Below, piece by piece: positions 1-11,000 of a DNA stretch of 64,000 bases (position 1 is the first letter of the stretch; the number at the start of each line of letters is the position of its first letter). Source of the stretch: Dimorphilus gyrociliatus (Eukaryota > Animalia > Annelida). Both the position numbers and the translations under genes were made by a program. The notes below the pieces were generated by a model. The model saw nothing but the letters and a program-made list of their open reading frames with translations. It was not told the DNA's origin and searched no databases. The stretch covers positions 682,001-746,000 of the forward strand of contig CAJFCJ010000022.1 of the NCBI GenBank assembly GCA_904063045.1, in the 5' to 3' direction.

Positions 1-1520
1 CCCACTTGACTATCCATGTAGGACGTAGAAGCAAAATAGCTTTGTCTAATTTTTTGCTGTTGAAAAATGTTATAATAAAAATAAAGGATTTCCCAAAGAT
101 GAGTATCGTGACAATAAAGCCTTTTTTAATTTATATATCGTAATGAAAGAAAGGGGGAGGAGAGTATTGCGGTTGTAGGAGAGAAGAATAGGAGAGAAAA
201 GAAAAAAAGAATAGATTGATCGACAATCTGTTCGTAGTCAAAATGATATGACCTAGTTAGGATAAAAGTCTTCATCTATCATCACCGCCAGTATTTCTAT
301 GACTGCAATAGAGTTAAAGAATGATTGCAAATCATTTTTTACCCTGTAATTTAAAGGTATCTCTTCGAAAGGAAATGTTAAATTTAACTGCTGTATATCG
401 TCTCTTAATCTTAGATCGTTCCACGGATTCCACGCCGGTAGGGGTAATTTCTCGGGTTTGGTTGCATCCTTTAACTTTGGGATTCGGTAGAATGGATATA
501 AATCTTTATAGAGTAGAATTATCAATCGTAACTATTTCTATAATATGCTATTAGAATATAATTACCAAGATACTCCTTTGGAAATTTTAATGGAATGTGC
601 GGTTTATGGAATCCTACAGCCATAAAAAATGGCTTTTCCTTTTTATAATTATTTAAAAACCTAACAGAGTAATCGGCAATTTCAATGTCAGGTAGAGATT
701 TTCCAGGTTGACTTTCCACGTCAACTGGGCATACGATATTCATCCGTTTCCCCCATTTCGTCGGGCAAACCTTTGACATTCTATACTTTAAAGTCGGCGG
801 ATGATAAGGTTTTTCCGACCAGCTATAAGGGCAATCGTCTGAATGGTTGCTAACAATTCCTACAAGAAAAGGAAGAGAAAGTCTATTATATAATAATTTC
901 GATAATAATACTGATAATAATAGTAATAGTAATAGTAGCAGTAAGTAGGATAAAATTACCGCATTTTCAAGGTAGAAAGAGAGTAATAATATACCTGGAT
1001 GGAAAATCTTGCCAATTGACAAAGTGTGATAGCCTTTTTCTTTGAAATACTGAGGTAAAGTGGTAAAATTACCGGCAGCTCTTCTCCAATACGAATGAAC
1101 ATCATAGAGTTTGATGGAATCCGGTCTTCTTCCCGTTAGAAAGGATGTTCTGCTCGGTCCACAAAGGGCTTGCTACAAAGAGTTTAATTGAACGTGATGT
1201 TGTGCAGGAATTGGGATACGAAAACGGACAAACTTGAGCATAAGTTCTATTGTATAATGTTGATTGTGACGCTAATTGGTCAATATTAGGCGTGTTCATA
1301 TATGATGTATTAAAGGCCCCCAAAGCTGGTCTCAGATCATCTATAATGATCATAAGAACATTTTCTCGAGGATTCCCCCATCCTAATGAAATAAACGACG
1401 CAGGGTAAAATAGTAATGACGGCGTCTGATAAATATTACACTATATGAAATTATACCTGAGACTATAAGTACAAGTAACTGATAGAGGGTGAATATCCAC
1501 CCTTTTTCCAGTTTTTTCAT
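1..1520 (-). CDS. IDS: Iduronate 2-sulfatase, 3' end outside the window. Exons 1520-1457, 1382-1234, 1172-995, 859-566, 503-343, 56-<1
   Basis: Spliced product: MKKLEKGWIFTLYQLLVLIVSG (signal-peptide-like), WGNPRENVLMIIIDDLRP..., QALCGPSRTSFLTGRRPD (sulfatase CxPxR motif), GKIFHPG, PFFMAVGFHKPHIP, AWNPWNDLR, QKIRQSYFASTSYMDSQVG. Closely resembles human IDS as recalled. All introns GT-AG with matching phases. Confidence 0.95.
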
Positions 1521-2864
1521 CCCTCAGCAATAAAGAACAAACGAAAATAAGAGAGTCTACAGAAATGCAACTGTATAATTTAATAAGTATTTCTTTGCTG
1601 CAAGAAAACTCTATCTCTCTTTTTTGTTTTAAATAAATCCTTTCTCCGCCCTTTTTTTTACTCTTTAAATGTAATAAACAAACCAAATATGTATCGAATC
1701 GATTTCTCACCGACGACAGTGGCGCCCTCTAAATTGAAATCTCGTAAACAATTGCTGTTGGATTGGAAAAGAAACTTGATATGTTTTCCCGCCTTTGTTT
1801 AAAGTTTTTCTTTCTTAATTTTGCACCTAAATGATTTTTGGAAGAAAGGAAGGAAGGAAGGAAGAGAGAGAGAGAGTGAGAGGGGAAATATACGCTATAA
1901 AACTATTATACTAGTCCGAATTTTCTTTTCCCAAGTCGAACAAGTTGACTTTTTAGGCCTATTTATATAATTTATAAAAATATTTTCCTTATATAAAAAT
2001 CGATTGAGATAATTTGTTTCCAAGAAGACAAAACTATGAAGTTGGAAGATGAAAATCTCTTTCCTTTCAATTCTTTCTATAATTAATTATAATCTTTATT
2101 TATGTGTTTTATTATCTTCTTCTCTTCCCTATTCTTGTCAATTTTGTATTAGTTATATAATACAAAACTTTCTTTCCCTTTATTTATATCTATTCTATTG
2201 TTTCTTTGTAGAGAGGTGACGTAAAGAGTGTTCACACTCCTCTTTCTCTATAAACCTGATACCCATCTTTCTTCGATTCTTTTCTAGTTTCATATCCATC
2301 CAACTGCTGGATTATTCAAAAATAGAATAATTCTTGGAAGATGATTATTAAGATTGTAAAAGACGTGTATTGAATTTATATATCTATCATCTATATCATT
2401 AGTTAAACAGATAACTCAACAACGCTCCGTTGTCATGTTCTTTATTGAATAAACAAAACATGCACAAACACACAATATACAATATATATATATATATTTA
2501 TATATATGCATACAGTATATTATATAACTATTAATGTTATTACTTCTCCAAAAAAAATGTCTGACAGCCTATAGATGGCGTTAGATATATCTTTTGCAAC
2601 AATAACTGAAACGTGTATGACAAAACAAAGAAAATATTGATAGAAATGGGACGTTATCGATTAATTGCGATATATTTATTTATTATTAACATAAGAGTAA
2701 ATTGTCTGGCCAAAGATTGCACTGCCGAAACAGATTTTTGCGATAAATATAACAAGAATGAGGTATTTCAGTCGGAGCGTTTCTTCTTCTCTAGCAGAAG
2801 AATACGAGCGCGCCATCTATTATGACTTTGACCTCAATTCGTCCTCCAGGAGTATCTTAGTAGA
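1521..2864. promoter_or_regulatory. Divergent IDS/NDK promoter interval
   Basis: Head-to-head start codons 1.34 kb apart. Contains three TAGATGGCG/TAGAGGGCG motifs (1721-1731, 2572-2580, 2808-2819). Confidence 0.5.
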
Positions 2865-3676
2865 ATGGCTGGAGAAAGAACGTTTTTGTGTATTAAACCC
2901 GATGCCGTCCAAAGGGGCTACGTGGGCGAGATAATTAGTAGATTCGAGAAGAGAGGCTACAAGTTGGTTGCAATGAAATTTATGAAGGTTAGGTTTGGAG
3001 TATTCTAATAACCCGAGTAGCCATATAGCCTTATGTATTTTGTATATACTAATATATACATGTATATGTATATGCTATATATATATATATATATATACTG
3101 TATATATATATATATGTATTAGTAAATGGAATGGGAAAGGAGTCTTTCAGTCTAGCTTTACGCCATAATCTATACCTTACCTCTCTCTTCTTTCACCCCT
3201 TTTCGTTTGAAGGATGAACTGCTTAATACTTTTTTTAGGCATCCGACGAACTTTTAAAGAAACATTACGCCGAGCATGTTGGAAAAGGGTTTTTTGAAAA
3301 GCTACTCAAATACATGTCTTCTGGACCGGTTGTTCCCATGGTTTGGGAAGGAAAAGACGTTATAGCGCAAAGCAGAAAGATGCTCGGAGCAACAAATCCT
3401 TTAAAATCAGAGCCTGGAACTATTAGAGGAGATTTCTCGATCGATATGGGCAGGTAAAGCTTTTAGAAATTCACTTTTCTCTTCCTCCTTAGTGTTGTTT
3501 TTTTTCTTCTACCTTTCAATTTAAATGATGATTAAGAGCTTTTATAAATGCAAATCAGGAACATTTGCCACGGAAGCGATAGTACTCAGAGTGCCGAACG
3601 TGAAATTAACTTATGGTTCTCTGAAAAGGAGAGAGTTGAATGGAAATCGATGGCCGAAAGTTGGATCTACGAGTAA
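2865..3676 (+). CDS. NME1: Nucleoside diphosphate kinase, group I (NME1/2, awd-like), 151 aa. Exons 2865-2987, 3239-3453, 3559-3676
   Basis: [18 protein letters not shown]..., [33 protein letters not shown] (catalytic HGSD), ends SWIYE*. Exon lengths 123+215+118=456 nt, GT-AG introns. Not captured by the ORF track because it is split. Confidence 0.96.
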
Positions 3677-3776
3677 ATTGAAAGTAATATATAGATTGAA
3701 AACAAAGAGAGAGATATATATATATTAGTATTAGCATATACTAGATATATTCGCACTATAGTCATAGCATTATTCT

Positions 3777-4706
3777 CTAGTTGTCGTCACAAGCTATTGG
3801 AAAGGCACTTCCAATACCTTTTCCGTGTCCGTGAACGTTCAGCACAATCATATATCCGTCGATATCCACTTTGGTCTTTTCCAATCTCATAAGTCGACAA
3901 ATTGTATAAATAGCAATTTCAAACTCGGGACTGGTACCAATAAACGAACTACCAATAGGCTTACCTCCGCCTTTCGTCCAGGTAAATTGTATGGTTATCA
4001 GTCTAGGATTGTCTTCTTTGCCCGTTCCTCTTCTAAAATAACCTTTATAATCAATATTACCTCTCTTCTCTTGCAAATAGAATTGAATCCAATTGTGGAA
4101 TCCAATAACTGATTTCTCTCGAGTTTCTCCTACAAAAACATGCTCGAAACCGGAAGAATCCAAATTTCTATCTTCTCTCATTCTCTTATAGAATCTAAAC
4201 CATATCGAATAGAGTAACCTTTTAAAATGGTACTCTTCTTCGGGAGCTAAAGCCTTTTCAACCAGAAACTTGTGGCTCTCTTTCATCACATCAGTTTCCA
4301 TAATCGCATCGATGAAGCGCACGTTTTCCTATAGATTTTTATTAATAAAGAACTTATACGATGACGCTATTTATAGCCTAAAAGTATAATTTAATAAGAA
4401 AAATCTCTTTCCTACTTCTAGTTCATCTTCGGTGAGCGTCTCTTTTGTGCCGGTTTCCGTTTCGTAGTTGTCCAACAAATCTCGAAATGTACGGTAGGTA
4501 GGTCTATCGAACACCTGCTCGTTAACGTAGGCGAAGAGATCTCGTCTTGCCCAGTCCTTTTTAGAGATGCTCCTAGCCGATTTAACGAAACCCTGTAAAT
4601 CTAATTCGTAGTCGACTCCCGCCAAGCATTTATTATCGTCGATGGTCCAAAGCTTCGTAAAGAATTCGGATAATTCTTCGTTTAATTCCGGTTGTTCGTA
4701 TGCCAT
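3777..4706 (-). CDS. ENDOU: Poly(U)-specific endoribonuclease, EndoU/XendoU family, cytosolic type without signal peptide, 280 aa. Exons 4706-4416, 4328-3777
   Basis: Motifs SSGFEHVFVGE, GFHNWIQFYLQE, KPIGSSFIGTSPEFEIAIYT, with the catalytic His, His and Lys present. One phase-0 GT-AG intron at 4329-4415. Confidence 0.95.
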
Positions 4707-6592
4707 TTTGCTTTATCCAATATTATTCTTATCTTCCCACAATTCAATCTGTTTAAGACAGACTCCTATACTTACATTTGCATGCGTCGAGCTTTATATA
4801 TATAATATACAGCATATACAGTATAAGGCTATACTTTATGAATATTCAGTCATTAGGAAAGATGAGAATAAGATGTGGTGGCTAGAACACATTCAACCAT
4901 AAACTATTTATAGAACGTACCTAGAACTCTTAAAAATTTAATTCTACCCTTATTTGTCTATTAGGCCTAATACGCACATGTTCACCTAGACAAAGATAAT
5001 TACTATTAACGCTTTCTTCCTTTTCTTTCTCCTTTTCGGCTGCTTTTAATTCGATTATATTTTTCAACTGAAATAATACGAAAATAACTCTGGTAAAACA
5101 CTTGCGTTATTGCTTCTAAGCCATATGATACACAGCATAGGCTAAAATCTTGGATAGGTCAAAACTAACCAGTATCTAGCTCCATCTATTGGCAGAGAAG
5201 GTTACAATATATTTTTTATATCGTCTTGAAAGAAATATTTTTGATGAGATAGATAGATAGATAGATTAAGAGAGAGAGAGAGAGAGAGGGGGGAAGCTGA
5301 GTGAAGTAAAAAGAGGGGGCAGATAGACCCAAGGATTTCTATGGAAGGGGAATATATTATAGTGTATACATATATATTAATTTATATTTCAAATGTATAT
5401 GGTCAAAGGATTAAGAATTTCTTTTCTTTCTTGTCTTATCCGTGCCGCAAATATTTTCAAGGATAAAAGCTTAAAAGATAAAAAGGCCCAGTGAGAGAAT
5501 TTGGCTTGGTCTAACGAGTTAGATAGAGTAATTATTTTGAGATTAAATCGAGAGATAGCTATGCGTAAAAGACCAAGCAGACAGAGAGAGAGAGAGGGAG
5601 AGAGGGAGAAAGTGGATAGATTGGAAAGGAACAATTTCAGTAATGAATAAATAGTGGAACCATGTAAATGCATGTAGGTGATGGGCTATATTAAACATCC
5701 AGCAACGAGTGTGATACACTACAATCTATATAGAATACTATCTATTATACACGAAAGAGTAATAGGATAAAGCGGATAGGAGAGAATGACCGGTCTTATG
5801 ATCAGAATGTGTAAATAATTCATTCTTTTAGATAAGAAAATATGTTTGCTCTAGAAAAAACATAACAAAGAAAGATAATTTTCTAAGCTACTTATCTTTA
5901 CGGTCAAGTCCTTCTTACTTAAAATAAAAAAAGAGAAAAATTTATGTGCTTCAAATCGATCAATTCCTTCTTATTCTTCTCTTCCTACTTCAATCTATCA
6001 AAATCACTCAAAGTTAAGAGGTTAAAAGAGAATAGGATTATCTAAAAGAACAAAAGAAAAAGAAGAATAATCGTAATAGATAAGCAATACACAGAGTATT
6101 AAACAATAAATACAATACACGGCGATATGCAATATACTGTGTATAATATTTTTATTATTAGTCCAAGTAAAAACTCTTAACAGCCATTTAATTGAGTAAG
6201 AAATAATAATCTAGCGGATTATCATTAATTTAATCCTTAATATCTTAACAATTTACAATATATATATACATATATACAACGGCGTATACGGTATATAAGC
6301 TTAATTTCTCTACTCTTTCAAATCAGTCCATTATAATCTTAAGATGTTCTAACCAATGACTCTGTAATGTGACTATTATCTTATCAGATATAATATTTTT
6401 GTGACGTTTTTCAAAAAAAAAATGTAAAAAAAAAATGAAAATAACGTAATTGGTCTTTTAGACTGTTATTTTATTACTGTTATTATTTCTTCATCATCCT
6501 CTTCATCTTTTCTTTCTTCTTCTTCTTTCTCTACTCTATTGCTGAATTATAGTAACAAAATCTTCAGTTGATAATATTAGAGGCGAGAAAAT

Positions 6593-7647
6593 ATGGATAA
6601 TAATCAAGGTATGTAGCTTTTTTCTAATATTAGCTCATCTGCATTTATTTGTAATAGTTTCGTGATTCTTTCTCTTTTATTTATCATTTTCCTTCTCTCC
6701 TTTCCGTTCATTTTTTCCAAATGATTGTAGAGAGGATTTCTCTTCGTCGTACCGAGTATCTCACTCAGTTAGTGTTTTTTTTTCTTTCCCTCTCTATATA
6801 TTACCTTCAATAAAGCTAGTTGGCTGAAGAAGGGGTTGTAGAGGAGAAACGACGACTGATGGAAAGACGCCTCTCTCAAAAACTGCAATAGGGACAAGGA
6901 TACTTAAATTAGTAATATTCAAAATATCCAGCTTATGTAGACGACTATCAGATTCGTTAGATAGTCGTAGAATTTTATCAATTAAGTTAGGCTTTATAGC
7001 AGGATTTCTTGAAATTAGTTACCGATTTAAATTTATGCCCTAACTTAATCAAACTAAACTGCAATTTAACGAATTTATCTTTCAACACTAAAGAAACATT
7101 TTCAGCCTTTGGAAAATTTTTACTTTTACGAGCATAAATCACGTTTCGAGTATTAAATGTCGACCGATTTACTAGCTGGATTTTTCCCCTGCAACGCTTT
7201 TAGTATTTTCATACGGTAATACCGGAAATTGAGCAAATCGTCAACGTTACTTTTCACTACCGGAATAAAAATACTAAAGCATTAAAAATCCCTTTTTGTT
7301 AGTTGAAAAATTTTTAAAAGAAAAAAAAGACTTACTAAAAAGAGACGGTTTGAAACAGCGTCTCTCTCTCTCTTTTTTTTCTTTTATTTGTATATTTCAA
7401 ACTGGAACTATTGTCCAAAATTTAGACTATATAAAAAAAGAGAAGGGAAAATAAATAAAGAGAAAGAAAAGATAAAAAAAAAAGAGTACAGAGTAAAATT
7501 TTAGGGTACGTACGCTTGCCTAAGCTCTATCTTTTCTTCTTTCTCCTTCTTCATGTTTTTTTTTCAGATAAAAGCGTTTTGCGGTTGTCTAGAGAAAGCC
7601 TCCATACTTCAGCGTCACCAACAATGGGGTCGGAGATTTATTCGGCA
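6593..7647 (+). CDS. Candidate alternative 5' coding exons of CLC copy A (6593-6608, 7568-7647)
   Basis: ATG GAT AAT AAT CAA G|gtatgt, then ttttcag|AT AAA...TCG GCA|gtgagt. Gives MDNNQDKSVLRLSRESLHTSASPTMGSEIYSA in frame with exon 8160. Supported by splice signals and phase only. Confidence 0.4.
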
Positions 7648-8028
7648 GTGAGTACTTTTCTGTCTGTTAAAGTCTCGATTCTATTTAACAGGCAAAGAAG
7701 GTTCAACAACTCTAGTAGTAAACTTACTCCATTACACTCCAATAGTCATGCACCTTTCTATCTTATCTTTTTTCATCTATCATCCTAAACTTTTACAATT
7801 AATTAAATTGACAAACGTGTCTCTAAACGAGACACACACACACAACCAGAGAGAGAGAGAGAGCGAGAGAGAGACAGAGAGGTAGACAGAAAGACAATCG
7901 GACAGGTAGACTATAACGTGCATAGAAAAAAACAAAGAAATGATATTGAAGTCTATAATGAAGTTTTCTATATAAAGAAAGGTCCTATTACATCTTTAAA
8001 TTATCTTTAAAGAGTTGGCTGCGTTAAA

Positions 8029-11000
8029 ATGGTTGATCTAGAATCAGTTCATGCTCTCATTGTAAATTGATTAATAGATGACACTCTGATTGCTATTGTT
8101 ACAAAAACTTACATTACGAATCAAGAAGACAAGTAAACATTACTAACATCTACAAACAGATAAGGCCGAGAGTTAATTTGCAAAGTGATATCCCTCCTGA
8201 TTTATCAAAATTATCTAACGCTCCTCCTCCTTCCAGTCCTGGGCCTTATAGAAAAACGGTCTGTATATATTCAATTCTATTTATTAGAACGCCTTTGTTC
8301 TTTTTTTTATCATTTTCAAGCTCTTTTTTGAAATAGTTTCGACGACGAAATTCCAATTCTCTTACCTACAAAAATGACGCTTTTGAAGGTGAAGGATCCG
8401 AAACTAGCTTTCGCCGTCAATCCTCTCTAAACTCAAGTAATAGGGTATGCTATTGCTCTACCATACTATTTTGATTTATTATATAATATTTCCCAGTTTT
8501 TTTTCTATATAACAAACCATAGGGACAAGATGGCGGATTCCTACAAAGGAGATTTTCGGTATTTACTTCTAAAATAAAACAACCGACGGTAACAATGAAA
8601 CAGAGACAAGAGTTTGACAATTACTCTAGTGTAAACTATATGCCTGCTCATAGCGATTTGTATCTCAGCTGGCTAAAGGAGCATCCCCTTAGAAGGTAAA
8701 CCTGCTTATTATCTATCTACCTTACCCTACAAAGTTTAAGTCAATATTTCTCTTCTTCCTTCCTTCTTAAAATCTATTTTCAAAATGTCAATTTTTCTCC
8801 TTCATCTCACCTTTCTCTCTCTCTCTCTTTCAATTAATTTTGTTTTCTATTCAATCAATCAATCACTAAGGTTGGACTGGGATCGATGGTTGCTCATGTC
8901 AATGATTGGCATTATTATAGGCCTTGTAGCCTTTCTCTTGAAACAAACTTTAGCTGTTTTAGATGACTTTAAATGGAATAGAGCCCGAGAACTCGCTTCA
9001 GTTAGTATTTTAGAAAAAATATCTCGATGAAGAAGAGAATCTCTCGAACACAATCGTTAGGTTTTATCTAGCCCTTTTTTCTTTTCTTTTTTTTAGGAGA
9101 GCATAATCAAGTGCTGGGGCTGGACTGCTGGCATTAGTATAGCTTTTGTCCTTATCAGTTCAATTATCATTGTCGTTAGTAGATAATTACTTTTAGATAA
9201 TCTCCAATGACTTTTATATGATAATAATTTTCTATCCTTTCTATAGTTCATTCATCCGCCTGCTGGAGGTAGTGGTGTTCCAGAAACCATCACTTTCCTT
9301 AATGGAATTGTAGTTCACAAAACTCAAACGTTACGTAACTTTATTGCGAAATTCGCGTCCGTTGTCTTTGCCGTATCTAGCGGACTTCCTTGCGCTATAC
9401 AAGGTCCAATAATTTCGTTAGGAGCGATTATTGGTTCCGGAGTAGGTCAATTTCAATCAAAGTCTTTAGGATTTCGACCAAACTGGTTTTCGAGATTTCG
9501 AAATGCCGAAGATCGTCGAACATTTACAACAGCTGGAGTTGCCGCAGGCGTAGCCGCAGCTTTCAATGCTCCTATCGGAGGTCTTCTCTTCGCAATGGAG
9601 GATTTATCTTCTCATTGGAATAGGAAATTATCTTGGCAAACGTTCTTTTGTTGTTGTATCTCCGTATCGGTTGCGAATTCTTTCAATTCGGCATTCGATA
9701 GATTCAAATGGCAAGGCAGTTTTGGATTATTTAACTTATGGGTTGCTGAGCCGATTCAAGTGAACATTCTTATGCTGCTTCCAGCCATTATTCTCGGATT
9801 GATAGGAGGAGTTCTAGGCGCCATATTCACAAGACTAAATGTCGCTATAATAGAATTACGAAAATTTCTATTCGGGAAGATAAAAAACTTGAATTTACAA
9901 AGATTAGCAAGAATAATTGAACCGTGCATTATAGTGGTATGTGGGAATTATTCGATCGATCAGAGATTATCCGATAATTATAAAAAAAAGACAATGATTC
10001 TTATAAAAGTATAAAAAAAGTTGAGATTCTCGTGATTATCCTACTCTATTTAAAGCAAAGAAACACAAAATCAATCAATCAAACAGTGATTAATGTACAA
10101 TGAAATGAACAAAACAAAAACCGTTGTTTTTCATACAGTTTATTATGTCGGTTATTGTCGTCTTAATGCCAAACGCTTTTCAATGTACTGAAGATAAATC
10201 TCGAGAAGGGAATATAACGGCTCCAATCTTGAAGCAATGCAATATGAGGTATGAATTTAATTATCTTTGACTTTTTCTTCTATATTTTCTTGAATAACTC
10301 TGATAAGGTGAAAAGAGTAACAACGTCAAAAAGGCAATGTTAAAGAAACATTTCAAAGGAATAGAGATAAAGAATTAGAGCATAAATGAAATAGTTTCTA
10401 CTAGTAGGATATCAGAAACAGTTGGAAAGATAACAAGGATAAGTCTTCCTACTCGATGTAGTTGAAATCTTTCTTTCTGTATTCATCTCTTTAGATATTT
10501 TTCCCTATCAATCCAACCGCCTCAATCATACGTAGACTCTCTTCCTCTCATTTCCATTTATAAATACTTTGGTATTTCTATATCTATTCCAGCTTAAATG
10601 ATTCTTCACTTTCTTGTAAAAAGAGAAAGGAATAGAATGTCGTTTAAAGAAAATTTGATTGATTAATATTTTTTCCTTTATAGAATTTTAAATGAATGTT
10701 TTTCTTTCTTGCCTTCAGCTTTAATACTTTTCAGCCAGATGAATTCTCATGTAAAGATAACTCAACTTACAATGAAGGTAAATTCTTCTTCTAATTCCAT
10801 TAACCTTCTTTTAACGCAACAGTTAACGGAGAATGTTTCTTCATCTTATCTAAACAACTTTACTTTTACTTAAAATTCTTTCACCTAACACAATCAACTT
10901 TCATTTTCTTCATTTATTGCAAATTCTCTTATAATCTTTTGCGATCTAACACCAACAAATTTTTGCAGCTGCTACCTTACTCGTCGGTTCGGGAAATAGA

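Noticed and set aside
3825-4112. ORFs overlapping real genes in antisense or shifted frames (also 9566-9763, 17399-17596, 50060-50350, 59955-60239)
   Set aside because: Shadows of genuine coding exons with no independent support.
8527-8540. AAGATGGCGG as a YY1 site or CLC start codon
   Set aside because: It is coding exon 4 read in another frame (GQDGG), confirmed by the paralogue (SQEGG).
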